The notes below the pieces were generated by a model. It was given only the letters and a program-made list of their open reading frames with translations. It was not told the DNA's origin and did no database searches. Source: a virus (taxonomy: Duplodnaviria > Caudoviricetes). Taken from it: DNA of 40,871 nucleotides. A program made the translations under genes and the position numbers. Where the stretch lies: positions 1 through 40,871 of IMG/VR virus record IMGVR_UViG_3300010048_000021; one strand, written 5' to 3'. Of this stretch, positions 1 to 9,005 are shown one piece after another; within the stretch, counting starts at the first letter, position 1; every line of letters starts with the position of its first letter.

Positions 1-123
1 AACTGCTGCATACGCGCGCCGCGCTGCGGTTGCTGAAGGCGCGGCTGTTGGCGGCGGGAGAGCCGGAGTGATGGAGCAGCAGGAGACCGCGCGGCCAGGT
101 CCGGCCCAGCCGCGCGGTCGATG
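1..123. repeat. Direct terminal repeat, copy 1 (assembly circularisation overlap)
   Basis: Bases 1-123 (aactgctgca...gcggtcgatg) are identical to 40749-40871. Confidence 0.97.
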
Positions 124-1323
124 AGCGCCTGCGGCCGGATGAGCCGTTTGATCTCGAGCGTCTGCTGGCCTGTATCGATGCCATCGAATGGAAGCTCCGA
201 TGGCTGGCGGTTGGAGAATCGGAATAATGTAACAGTACAACAAGGCCTTATGTTATGCTTCTTTATGCCTCATTTACAAGAATATGCCTTCGAGGAGCGG
301 GTGCGCCGGCTCATCGTAGGTGTTTATCACGAACTGATAGAGAATTACGGCACAGAGAAGCGTTCCATTCTTACGGACGGATTAGAAGAGATGGATGCAC
401 TGCAGGAAGTAATGGAAGCCGAGCGTCTACAGGGCCCGGACGAATACTGGGAGTGGCACATTGACGAAAAGGGCGCGATCGACTGGTGGGATGATTGCCG
501 GCCACCTGAGTTCTATGACGAGATCGATGCTGAATTTGGCGAGGATTTCGAACCGGACTTGGATGAGGATAAGGAGAAAGTAGCAAGGTACGAGGAAAGG
601 TGCGCGCAATATGACCGCGAACATCCAGAGATGGGCGTGGAAGAGCGTCGGCTGCGCCTGTTACGTAATAAATACGTGCATCTCTTCTTACGGCGTACTA
701 AAACGCAGGACGCCGCGAATTTACTACAGGCGATGAAAGAGTGCGCCTTTGCAAAAAAGGGCACCAAGAAATTTAATTGGGAAGTAACCGCTTCCGGCCA
801 TGTGGTTCTACCTGACCCTGTCATTGACGAGACGCAAGCAGCGTCTGTTTACGGCAGTTGGGGTGGCCGCGCCAAAGTGGCAAAGGGATTTGCCAAGAAG
901 ACGCCTGCGCAGCGTGCGGCGGCCGGTCATCGCGGCATGATTAAGCGGTGGGGCAGGCAGATAAATGTGCAGCTGGAAATCCTCTACTTGCCTAAGCACG
1001 AGGAGGCCATTATTGAGGCCGCCCGTCGCATAGATCCCGAGGTCGATTCTATTGACGGCGCTGTGGTCCGGATCATCAGCAGCAAACTAAGCAGGAGCGA
1101 ATTGGAGCTCCTCGGATTGATGCATCACGTAACGCGCGTTCTAAAAAATGACGCAGTGCCAGTGGGTGAAACCGCGGCGCCCATTTTGGATGCAATTACG
1201 AATGAAGGAACCAGCGACCGCGTGATGGCAGACCAGGCAATGGAAGACGTAGTGGCTGAACTGGAAAGGAAACATGGCACAACTGAAGACAAAGCAGGCG
1301 GCAGAAAGGATTGGCGTCAGTGA
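121..1323 (+). CDS. Hypothetical protein with acidic N-half and a basic GG-rich motif; true start probably near 250-266
   Basis: 400-aa ORF with AT-richer codons. The first ~45 codons look like shadow. Contains YGSWGGRAKVAKGF...AGHRGMIKRW. Confidence 0.6.
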   Translation: MSACGRMSRLISSVCWPVSMPSNGSSDGWRLENRNNVTVQQGLMLCFFMPHLQEYAFEERVRRLIVGVYHELIENYGTEKRSILTDGLEEMDALQEVMEAERLQGPDEYWEWHIDEKGAIDWWDDCRPPEFYDEIDAEFGEDFEPDLDEDKEKVARYEERCAQYDREHPEMGVEERRLRLLRNKYVHLFLRRTKTQDAANLLQAMKECAFAKKGTKKFNWEVTASGHVVLPDPVIDETQAASVYGSWGGRAKVAKGFAKKTPAQRAAAGHRGMIKRWGRQINVQLEILYLPKHEEAIIEAARRIDPEVDSIDGAVVRIISSKLSRSELELLGLMHHVTRVLKNDAVPVGETAAPILDAITNEGTSDRVMADQAMEDVVAELERKHGTTEDKAGGRKDWRQ

Positions 1324-1564
1324 GGCAACCTTGCGCGACTGGCGCTACCAGCACAAAGGTCCACCTTTCACCAGAACCGGGAGGCTTATCAGTTATCCCG
1401 AGGAAGGAATCGGGCAGTGGATTAAAGACCATACAACTGACCCTGAGCGACCGGAAGTACAAGGGCCTGCGCATCAAAAACGGAAAGTGGGCGCACCACT
1501 TCAAGCATCAAGGGAATCCCTATTGCGGCTCAAGCGGTTTGGCAGCCATCGACGAGAACGTTGA
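1274..1564 (+). CDS. xis: Excisionase-like HTH protein
   Basis: LKTKQAAERIGVSEATLRDWRYQHKGPPFTRTGRLISY is an HTH_17/AlpA-like pattern. RBS (aagga) present; lies directly upstream of the integrase. Confidence 0.8.
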   Translation: MAQLKTKQAAERIGVSEATLRDWRYQHKGPPFTRTGRLISYPEEGIGQWIKDHTTDPERPEVQGPAHQKRKVGAPLQASRESLLRLKRFGSHRRER

Positions 1565-2573
1565 GGCGGCCTATAAAATACGCGCCGATCACAAGCGCCG
1601 CGTCGAAAGTGGCGAGGTACAGCGCAACAAACGTGTTCCGCTGCGCGATGCCATCAGAGACTTCCTCGAATGGTATCGCGGCGAACACCCGAACGGGAAC
1701 CACAAATGGGCGGCCAGCCTGATGTCGTCGTTTGAAATGTACTTCCTGGTGGTAAATCCACGGGCTTTGCATCAAATGGAGCCAGCCGATATGGAAGACT
1801 TTAAAACCTGGCGGCGCGCAGAGCATAACATCCACGGCAATTCATTGCGTAAACAGTTGATCATGATCCGCCAATTCTTTGCGTTCGCGCGCAAGAAGGG
1901 TTGGCTGAACGGCGATCCGCTCTTTGAGGTGAAGATCCCGGCCGAACAGGGCACAGATGTGATGCATGTGCTTTCGCCGGCGGAAGAGAAGGCTTATTTT
2001 GCGGCTGCGGCTGAGGCCAGCCAGGACCTGTTCGATGTGGGCATGATCATGCTTGAGCAGGGTTGCCGGCCGGACGAAGTCATGTCGCTTGAGCAGGAGC
2101 AAGTCAATCTGGCAGAGCGGAAGTTCACGGTTTGGTTTTCCACGTCCGAAGGCAAAACCAAGAACGCCCACCGGACGCTCAAGATGACTAGCGTGACATA
2201 CCCGATTTTTGCCAGGCGGCTGTTCGTTCCGAACCGATGGCTGTTTCCGTCTCCAAAGAACGACGGCCCGCGCACCACGCTGCAAAAGAAACAGGAAGAG
2301 GTGCGGGAAGCCTGCGGCGTGGATTGCCGGCTCTACGATATGCGGCACACCTTCGCGACGCGATTCGCCTTACAGCATGGCCCCGGTTGCCTACCCAATC
2401 TCGCCAAGCTTCTCGGTCATGCTGATCTCAGCCTGCTGATGCGGTACATCCATCCCTCACAGGAAGATATGGATCGGGCGATGGAATATTTCGACAAAGG
2501 CCAGCGCAAAACCCGAAAGAAAGCCGCCCAGGCAACCGCCCAGAAGGAACAATTGGATGCCGTGGTTCAATAG
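1311..2573 (+). CDS. int: Tyrosine integrase (start uncertain)
   Basis: Catalytic motifs QGCRPDEV, KTK, YDMRHTFAT, LLGH, RYIH. Adjacent to attP. Confidence 0.95.
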   Translation: MASVRQPCATGATSTKVHLSPEPGGLSVIPRKESGSGLKTIQLTLSDRKYKGLRIKNGKWAHHFKHQGNPYCGSSGLAAIDENVEAAYKIRADHKRRVESGEVQRNKRVPLRDAIRDFLEWYRGEHPNGNHKWAASLMSSFEMYFLVVNPRALHQMEPADMEDFKTWRRAEHNIHGNSLRKQLIMIRQFFAFARKKGWLNGDPLFEVKIPAEQGTDVMHVLSPAEEKAYFAAAAEASQDLFDVGMIMLEQGCRPDEVMSLEQEQVNLAERKFTVWFSTSEGKTKNAHRTLKMTSVTYPIFARRLFVPNRWLFPSPKNDGPRTTLQKKQEEVREACGVDCRLYDMRHTFATRFALQHGPGCLPNLAKLLGHADLSLLMRYIHPSQEDMDRAMEYFDKGQRKTRKKAAQATAQKEQLDAVVQ

Positions 2574-2574
2574 A

Positions 2575-2854
2575 AAAGGTTGCCCATCGGTTGTACGGCC
2601 AGAAAAAACATGCGAAAACAATGGCTTTTTCATCCAAACTCATTGCCTCCGGAGCAAAAGGTCAGAGGTTCGAATCCTCTCGGGCGTACCATCAAAACCT
2701 CAGCAAACCAATTCAAACAAACAACTTAGCGTAGATACAGCCTGCTTTAGCAAGCGTGGGCTATGTCGCTTAAAAGCGGCTAAAACCAGCCTCAGGCAAC
2801 CTACAAAGTTGCCCAAAGGTTGCCCAGGCAACCCCCTCAGGCAACCTTTTGCCC
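2575..2854. repeat. Putative integrase arm-type sites (GTTGCC/GGCAAC repeats) flanking the attP core
   Basis: aaaggttgccca at ~2575; aaagttgcccaaaggttgccca at ~2805-2826; cctcaggcaacc at ~2790 and ~2835. Confidence 0.65.
2643..2691 (+). other. attP core: 3' half of tRNA-Arg(CCG)
   Basis: TTGC-CTCCGGA-GCAA anticodon arm (CCG), AGAGG-TTCGAAT-CCTCT T-arm, CGGGCGT-ACCA end. No 5' half or D-arm. About 70 bp after int. Confidence 0.9.
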
Positions 2855-2867
2855 TAGTGGTCTAGGC

Positions 2868-3158
2868 ATGAACTGCAAAGGCAAGGGCACACGCAACGAG
2901 CACCGCTCGATCCGTCTGCTTGAAGCGGCCGGCTATCTCTGTACCCGCGCCGCAGCGTCGCTCGGTGCCTGGGACATCATCGGCATCGGGTCGACGGACT
3001 TCGTCTTAGTCCAAACGAAGACGCGCGACTGGCCCGGCTCCGTCGAAATGGAAACGCTGAAAAGCTTTCCAGCGCCCGCCAATTGCCGCAAATTAATTCA
3101 TCGCTGGCGCGATCGCCAGCGGCAACCGGATGTCCGCGAACTCAGTAATGGCTGTTAA
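2868..3158 (+). CDS. Hjc-like Holliday junction resolvase (PD-(D/E)xK)
   Basis: KGTRNEH...LEAAGY...RAAASLGAWDIIGI...LVQTK. Confidence 0.75.
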   Translation: MNCKGKGTRNEHRSIRLLEAAGYLCTRAAASLGAWDIIGIGSTDFVLVQTKTRDWPGSVEMETLKSFPAPANCRKLIHRWRDRQRQPDVRELSNGC

Positions 3159-3163
3159 TTCAC

Positions 3164-3964
3164 ATGGGGAAAAAACCGGCTTTTCAAATGTATACAGGAG
3201 ACTGGTTGAAAGATCCGCAGCTCGGCCTATGCGATGCGCGCACCCGTGGCATTTGGGCCGATGTCATCTGCGCCATGTACGAGCAGGCCAACGGTGGAGA
3301 ACTCACCGGAACCTGCGAACAGCTCGCTCAAGTTTGTCGCACCACAGCCGAAAAAATGCGTGCTGCGATCGACGAACTGCGCGACACAAATGCCGCCACC
3401 GTAACGGAACGTAACGGAAAAATAACGCTGGTGTGCAGACGCATTAAGCGGGAGACCGAGGCAGCGCAAGATAATGCAAACAGGCAACATCGGCATCGAA
3501 AAAAACAGCGCGCTGCGAGCATAACGCGAGAGTCACACAAAAGTAACGCTCCTTCTTCATCTTCATCTTCATCTTCTACTTCGGTAAGTATAGAAACTGT
3601 ATCTGCTGCTGCTGCTGTTTCTAGTACAGAACAGGCACCGCAGCAGCAGCAGCCAGCACCGCTTGCGCGTTTTCCACAAACCCTCGAGACCATTCGCAGC
3701 CGCTTCCCAGCCACGGACGACCGAACCGCCAGCCGGATCGTCTCCGCAGCACTCACGGTCCAGCCGGCGATTACAGACAGCACGCTCTGTCAGGCACTCA
3801 CCAGCACGCACGATGGGCGGCAACGATCTGCCGCGCTATGGATTCAAACCGTCCCCACGTTCTTCCGCAACGGTTGCCCGGAACGTGCCGGACCCGAAGA
3901 CGCCTTCGACCGACGCCTTCACGAATTGCTGGTTCAGGAGAAGAAACATGCCCGTTCCCGCTGA
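3164..3964 (+). CDS. Phage replication initiator (YdaU/DUF1376-like)
   Basis: N-terminal KPAFQMYTGDWLKDP, NANRQHRHR segment and poly-Ser linker typical of phage Rep proteins. Confidence 0.7.
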   Translation: MGKKPAFQMYTGDWLKDPQLGLCDARTRGIWADVICAMYEQANGGELTGTCEQLAQVCRTTAEKMRAAIDELRDTNAATVTERNGKITLVCRRIKRETEAAQDNANRQHRHRKKQRAASITRESHKSNAPSSSSSSSSTSVSIETVSAAAAVSSTEQAPQQQQPAPLARFPQTLETIRSRFPATDDRTASRIVSAALTVQPAITDSTLCQALTSTHDGRQRSAALWIQTVPTFFRNGCPERAGPEDAFDRRLHELLVQEKKHARSR

Positions 3965-4604
3965 CTTTGCCGTCGAGAAGCTTCGCCGATTTGCGGCCTT
4001 TCCCGGCTTTCCCGCAAAACCGGACGCGCTGTTTGCCAGCGCCCGGTATCTTGCGGAAATGTCACGCTCGGAGGCTGATTGCGGCAGAATTACCGAGCGG
4101 CTGTTCGAATCCTGCCGAAGGTTTCCACTACCGATCGACATTCGCGCAGCCGCCCAGGACGAGCATGATCAGGCGACCTCCGAACGCTGCCATGAATGCC
4201 GCGATATGGGCTGGGTTGCGCGAGGCGATCGCTGGCTTCGCTGCCGTTGTACCGGCGAAGCGCAAAACACCCTGTCGCCGCCTGAGATCGAAGACGCTTA
4301 CGCACGCCAAAGCCGCGTTGCCGATCTGCCCGATCATCCCGAAGCAGCCATAGGCATCCCGAATGTCGTGATCACCGCCAAACCTGCGTTCAAAGAAAAA
4401 TACGCCAAGCAATGCCTGTACGACGGCCCACTCACACTACAGGCCGCGATCGACGCCGGACAAATCGCTTTCGCCGAAGCACAGCGCCTGGTGCGACGCT
4501 GGGAGATCGCGCATCGCGAGAAATTCCAACCCGAATTGCAGGAACCTGCCAAGCCGAAACCAGCCGCGTCGGAACCTGCAGCCGCCAGGAGTTTCGTGTC
4601 ATGA
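3948..4604 (+). CDS. Replication-associated protein (helicase-loader-like) with Zn motif
   Basis: RBS aggag; overlaps the initiator. RFPLPIDIR and CHECRDMGW...CRC. Confidence 0.5.
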   Translation: MPVPADFAVEKLRRFAAFPGFPAKPDALFASARYLAEMSRSEADCGRITERLFESCRRFPLPIDIRAAAQDEHDQATSERCHECRDMGWVARGDRWLRCRCTGEAQNTLSPPEIEDAYARQSRVADLPDHPEAAIGIPNVVITAKPAFKEKYAKQCLYDGPLTLQAAIDAGQIAFAEAQRLVRRWEIAHREKFQPELQEPAKPKPAASEPAAARSFVS

Positions 4605-4780
4605 AACGCCAACGCTCACTCGACTTCGGCGCACGCTCGGACTGGGCCGAGATCGTGGTGGCCGATCCGCGCATCTACCGCGGATTGCTCTACGAGCTGG
4701 CGCTGCGCTTTCTCCATCAGCACGGCAAACCGCATCCCACCGAACCCTGCCCGCTCTGTGCGAAGGAGCGAGCGGCATGA
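4601..4780 (+). CDS. Hypothetical protein
   Basis: ATGA-coupled; C-terminal CPLC. Confidence 0.55.
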   Translation: MKRQRSLDFGARSDWAEIVVADPRIYRGLLYELALRFLHQHGKPHPTEPCPLCAKERAA

Positions 4781-5013
4781 GACCGGAACTGCGCGCTGCT
4801 CTCGTGCGCTGCCGCCAGATCCGCGGCTCGCTCTACGGCTACCGGGACGAACGCTATTCGGATCTCTACCGGCTCACGCTCTGGAGCCGTTCGGAACGCG
4901 AATACGCCGAATACGTGCTCTCGGGGCCGGAATATCTCGAAGCGTTCACGCTCTGGGAGCAGTTGCTGACACCCAGCGATCGCAAGCGCTATACGCGCCG
5001 GAGCGCCGCATGA
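4777..5013 (+). CDS. Hypothetical protein
   Basis: ATGA overlaps at both ends. Confidence 0.6.
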   Translation: MRPELRAALVRCRQIRGSLYGYRDERYSDLYRLTLWSRSEREYAEYVLSGPEYLEAFTLWEQLLTPSDRKRYTRRSAA

Positions 5014-5366
5014 AGCACGCTGTGCGTATTGCGATCGCCCGGTCACGCGCGCTCTACGCACAACCAGAAGGCGTGACGTGCAAGCTTTGCGGCCGGAGCA
5101 TTCGCCTGGGCAGGGAGTGCTGGATTCACGCCAGCGGGGATGGAGAGGCGCTGGATGTCAGGACTTGCAGGCGTGATGAGTGTGGATGGCTTGCCTTCAT
5201 GGCGCTTGAAAGCGAAGCAGCCAGACGGTATTTGCGTAAAAGATTGAGTTCAGACGAAAGGATTGTATGGACAAAAAAGCTAAGACGAAAACTGGCGCGG
5301 ATGTATCTCCTCGACGGCAAGCTGCGGTTAAAGGAAATCCGAACGATGCTAAGGGCGCAGTTGTGA
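5010..5366 (+). CDS. Hypothetical Cys-containing protein
   Basis: ATGA-coupled start; CKLC...C motifs. Confidence 0.5.
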   Translation: MKHAVRIAIARSRALYAQPEGVTCKLCGRSIRLGRECWIHASGDGEALDVRTCRRDECGWLAFMALESEAARRYLRKRLSSDERIVWTKKLRRKLARMYLLDGKLRLKEIRTMLRAQL

Positions 5367-5638
5367 GCGGTGCGCCGAGAAGCCTCTTCTACGCCGAAAA
5401 GGGAGTGAAAACTTCCCGTGACTTTGCGAACCTGATGAGCGCCGTGATGAGCGACCTGATCGAGGGACGCATGTCGCCTGCGGTCGGCAATGCCACCTGC
5501 AACGCGGGCGGCAAGCTCCTGAAGATGGTCGAAATGCAGTACCGCTATGGCGCTCCCGGCTCTGCCGCTGGGGAAGCAGGTAAGAACAAAGTGCTGCACT
5601 TGGTTAGCGGCGAAGTGGTCGCGGAGAAGGTCAATTGA
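5267..5638 (+). CDS. Hypothetical phage protein
   Basis: RBS aagga; core DFANLMSAVMSDLIEGRMSPAVGNA. Confidence 0.65.
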   Translation: MDKKAKTKTGADVSPRRQAAVKGNPNDAKGAVVSGAPRSLFYAEKGVKTSRDFANLMSAVMSDLIEGRMSPAVGNATCNAGGKLLKMVEMQYRYGAPGSAAGEAGKNKVLHLVSGEVVAEKVN

Positions 5639-5960
5639 TCACGGGTTTTATTCGAGCGAAAGGAGGTGGTGTCTTAGCAAATGCTAACTTAGCCGCAAAT
5701 CAAAATATCGAGACGTTTTTGCGCGTTTTTCGGAGCGGTGCGGTCTCCGACTTTTGCCGCACCGCCCTTTTTCGCCATTCTGTCCGCAAGCGCAAAATCC
5801 GCGCTACTCGCAGAAATTACACGGGATTAGTTCCTATGCTCACCAATATCGGCTATACTGCTGATAATCCAGCGGCGATCGCGAGCCGCTTTACCAACTC
5901 CGCGCGGTTTCTGCCGGAAACGCTTCCGGTATCCCACCTGGGCCGCATGCCCGAACCGTC

Positions 5961-6107
5961 TCAAAACTGCTGGCGTTCGCGAAATCGCTGCACAGCTGCG
6001 CGGTTCTTGCACTTCGCGCATTCGCCGCAGATGCAGCTGGGCTTCTTGCCGCCGCGCTTGTGCCTGCGCAGCGCGGCCAGGGCGCGGGCAATCTTTGAGT
6101 TATTCAT
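5961..6107 (-). CDS. Small basic Cys-rich protein
   Basis: MNNSKIARALAALRRHKRGGKKPSCICGECAKC; coupled to the upstream minus-strand gene. Confidence 0.5.
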   Translation of the reverse strand: MNNSKIARALAALRRHKRGGKKPSCICGECAKCKNRAAVQRFRERQQF

Positions 6108-6369
6108 TAATCGTGTACTCTCCAAGCAGAACGTCTTCGACTGCATTCATCGCGTCCGCTTTGACAAAATCGTGAGCATGCCAGACTTCGCCGTCCCGCG
6201 TCTTGATTTTGGAAACAGTACCGATGCGTTTCTCCGGCGTGTTGATCTGTATATCGTCAGCACTAAAGCTAGCCGCTGCGTAGTACATGCGAGTTTTCTC
6301 GTTTGATCGGAAATAACTGTTGATTTCAGCCTGTAGCTTCTCGATGCTTTTCTCGTTCATCATCTTCAT
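6100..6369 (-). CDS. Hypothetical protein (moron)
   Basis: RBS aggag then ATG at 6369; own promoter. Confidence 0.6.
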   Translation of the reverse strand: MKMMNEKSIEKLQAEINSYFRSNEKTRMYYAAASFSADDIQINTPEKRIGTVSKIKTRDGEVWHAHDFVKADAMNAVEDVLLGEYTINE

Positions 6370-6388
6370 GCTGCTGTCTCCTGATCTA

Positions 6389-6416
6389 ATATTACCACAG
6401 CGCGGTTGTAATGCAA
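6389..6416 (-). promoter_or_regulatory. Sigma70-like promoter with overlapping inverted repeat
   Basis: TTGCAT-16 nt-TAATAT with extended TG; attac...gtaat inverted repeat across the spacer. Confidence 0.55.
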
Positions 6417-6464
6417 GGGGATGCTCATAAAAAAGCAAAGATTTTTAAAGAGAAGGCGAAAATC

Positions 6465-6740
6465 ATGCTTATCAAAATCCTGAATCCTGCGCCTGGCACC
6501 GCCACCCATCTCGGCTACAAACACGCCCTGCGCTATGTCAAGCAGAAACGCGCCGAATGGGCTGGTTCGCACGCCATACGCTTTCTGCCGGAAAGCCATC
6601 GGCATCAAAGCGCGCTCAAGCAATCCGCTATCGGCTACGATGCCGACCATCGCATCCGCACACGCTCGGAATTGAAGCATGTGCCTGTCGCCGGCGATCT
6701 CGACCGGCTGTTCATCGTGAGGAAACGATGCGCCGCGTGA
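6465..6740 (+). CDS. Hypothetical protein
   Basis: ORF MLIKILNPAPG... with a purine-rich upstream region. Confidence 0.55.
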   Translation: MLIKILNPAPGTATHLGYKHALRYVKQKRAEWAGSHAIRFLPESHRHQSALKQSAIGYDADHRIRTRSELKHVPVAGDLDRLFIVRKRCAA

Positions 6741-7058
6741 CGAAGGCCCAGCGTATCCGAGCTACTGGCGCTGGAACTGGCGGAATTGAAAGAGCTCGAT
6801 TACAACCTGGATCTGACCGGCTTCGACGAGGCGGAATTGTCCGAGCTCCTGGCCGAGAAAACGGTCGGACTGACGGATGAAGACGAAGTACCGGAAGCGC
6901 CGACGGAGCCCGTCACGCAACCGGGCGACCTGTGGGTGCCCGCCTACTGCGACGTGATCCTCACCCGCTGGCAGAACTTCACCGGACACGAGGCCGTGCT
7001 CGATGGCACGAAACACACCTTTGCCGAAATCATCGAACAACGCAAAGCCGCGGCCTAG
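6728..7058 (+). pseudogene. Remnant of a ParB-DNA methyltransferase fusion gene
   Basis: ELLALELAELKELDYNLDLTGFD...PVTQPGDLW is joined directly to PAYCDVILTRWQNFTG; the catalytic domain is absent. Confidence 0.75.
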
Positions 7059-7062
7059 TGGC

Positions 7063-7572
7063 GTGGATTGGCCAGCGGCTAAGTTAGATTACGTGAACAA
7101 TGCGGCCATGACCTATAGCGACATCGCCGCCAAATACGGCGCAACGGATGAAGCCGTGAGACAGCGCTCGGTGCGCGAGAACTGGCCGGATGAGCGGAGT
7201 AAGCGAAGTCACGCTCTGTCACTGGCAGTCACGCAGAAATCCATCCTGAACTCTGTCGATGAGCTCGCCAAGTACAACGAGCAGGACATCGTTATCGCGA
7301 AGAACCTGCGAACGGTCGCAGGTCGCATTATCCAGAGCCGGCACGATACGCTCGACCCGAACGAGCTGCGCTCGCTCTCAACTGCCATTGTGAACGCGCA
7401 GCGCGTGGCACGCCTGGCGCTGGGCGCCTCCACCGAAAACAGCAACGTGCGCGAGGAGGGTGTGTTTGACTTCTCTGACTTCTCTGACCCCGAGCTCGAA
7501 CAATTGGTTAGCCGAGCACTTCGTTCGCGAGGCGCAGCAAGAACTGCTCCGCCGGAAACAAAGCCGAATTGA
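7063..7572 (+). CDS. terS: Terminase small subunit
   Basis: DW...Y...TYSDIAAKYG HTH, ENW motif, C-terminal DFSDPELEQL; immediately before TerL. Confidence 0.7.
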   Translation: MDWPAAKLDYVNNAAMTYSDIAAKYGATDEAVRQRSVRENWPDERSKRSHALSLAVTQKSILNSVDELAKYNEQDIVIAKNLRTVAGRIIQSRHDTLDPNELRSLSTAIVNAQRVARLALGASTENSNVREEGVFDFSDFSDPELEQLVSRALRSRGAARTAPPETKPN

Positions 7573-8227
7573 GGTGTACTATCCCGATGACGGCCCGCTG
7601 CGCCGTGAGCTCTACCCGAAGCATCTCGAGTTCTTCGCATTGGGCAAGCAATACCGCGAGCGTATGATGATGGCCGGCAACCGCACAGGCAAAACCACGG
7701 TCGGCTGCTTCGAGTGCGTGCTGCATGCCACCGGAAGGTATAGCAAATATGCGCCCTGGTGGGAAGGCAAGCGCTTCGCGCATCCGGTCAGTTGCATCGT
7801 GGCCGGCGACACCAACCTCACCACGCGCGACATTCTGCAGTCGAAGCTGTTCGGCAAGCTTGAGCGCCAGCCAGGCGACAATTTGCGGGAAGCCATCGGT
7901 CTCGGCACCGGCATGATGCCGCGCGATGCCATCCTGCAGGCTACGCCGCGGCGCGGAGCGGAGAACGCTTATGAGGAAGTGACGGTGCGCCACATATCCG
8001 GCGGCGTTTCGGTGATCAAGCTGCGCTCGTTCGAGCAAGGCGCCGAAGCCTTCCAGGGCACTGAAGAGGATTTGATCTGGCTCGACGAGAATTTCCCGCA
8101 GTCGGTCTATTCGGAATCGATCACACGGTTGATGACAACTGAAGGGCACCTGCTCATGACGTTCACGCCGATCAATGGCGTGACGCCGATTATTCGCGAA
8201 TTCATGGACAAGGCGTACCGGGCATGA
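7466..8227 (+). CDS. terL: Terminase large subunit, ATPase part
   Basis: Walker A AGNRTGKT, Walker B LIWLDE, motif III TFTP. SD GAGGAGG 6 nt before a TTG. Confidence 0.9.
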   Translation: MTSLTSLTPSSNNWLAEHFVREAQQELLRRKQSRIEVYYPDDGPLRRELYPKHLEFFALGKQYRERMMMAGNRTGKTTVGCFECVLHATGRYSKYAPWWEGKRFAHPVSCIVAGDTNLTTRDILQSKLFGKLERQPGDNLREAIGLGTGMMPRDAILQATPRRGAENAYEEVTVRHISGGVSVIKLRSFEQGAEAFQGTEEDLIWLDENFPQSVYSESITRLMTTEGHLLMTFTPINGVTPIIREFMDKAYRA

Positions 8228-8952
8228 CCACCACGCGAGCTTTGGTAACTGCAACGTGGAGTGACGTGCCGCATCTGTCCGAGCAGATGAAGGCCGAACT
8301 CACGGCCAGCTATCTGCCGCATGAACTGGAAGCGCGCACGCTCGGCGTTCCGTCGCTCGGCCGCGGCGCGGTGTATCCGCTGGCGCAATCGAGTTACACC
8401 TGCGACCCGTTCCCGATTCCGGCGCATTTTCCGCGCGCATATGGCCTCGATGTCGGTTGGAACTGGACCGCATGCACGTGGTGGTGCTGGGACCGCGAGA
8501 ACGATCAGGACTGGATCTACCGGGAGTATCTGCGCGAGCAGGCGCCGCCGGATATTCACGTGATGGCGATTAAGAATGCGGGCGAGTGGATACCGGGCTG
8601 TGTCGATCCCAGCGCCAAGGCCAGATCTCAGGTCGACGGTCGCAACTTACTGGCGGAATACGACGCGCTCGGCTTGAAGATGGCCTTGGCTGATAACAGT
8701 GTAGACGCCGGCGTGCTGCGCGTCTATCAGCGGCTGGCCGCCGGCAAACTGAAGATCTTCCGCACCTGCACGAAACTCTTAGAGGATCTGCGCTTCTATC
8801 ATCGGGATGATTCGGGCCGCATTGTGAAAGAGGGCGATCACTTGCCGGACGCGCTGCGCTATGTGGCGATGACCGGGCCGTCGATCGCGAAGGTCAAGAT
8901 GCTGCCGAAGCTGAACGGGCACGAGGCGCGCCCGCAGTGGGCGTGGGGCTAA
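8224..8952 (+). CDS. terL: Terminase large subunit, nuclease part
   Basis: TWSDVPHL, GLDVGWN, VDPSA, DHLPDALRY (RNase H-fold acidic motifs). ATGA overlap with the ATPase ORF. Confidence 0.9.
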   Translation: MTTTRALVTATWSDVPHLSEQMKAELTASYLPHELEARTLGVPSLGRGAVYPLAQSSYTCDPFPIPAHFPRAYGLDVGWNWTACTWWCWDRENDQDWIYREYLREQAPPDIHVMAIKNAGEWIPGCVDPSAKARSQVDGRNLLAEYDALGLKMALADNSVDAGVLRVYQRLAAGKLKIFRTCTKLLEDLRFYHRDDSGRIVKEGDHLPDALRYVAMTGPSIAKVKMLPKLNGHEARPQWAWG

Positions 8953-9005
8953 TGTGGCTGCCGGCGCGCGCGAATCATCCGAGCTTATCGAAATGGAGGA
9001 GGCCG

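Noticed and set aside
1-123. Biological terminal repeat
   Set aside because: It falls within a gene and has k-mer-overlap size, so assembly circularisation is more likely.
2643-2691. Functional tRNA gene
   Set aside because: Only the anticodon arm to CCA is present; no D-arm or 5' acceptor strand.
3550-3660. TCTTCA, GCT and CAG tandem runs as a CRISPR or contingency locus
   Set aside because: In-frame low-complexity linker (poly-Ser, Ala, Gln) of the replication protein; no spacers.
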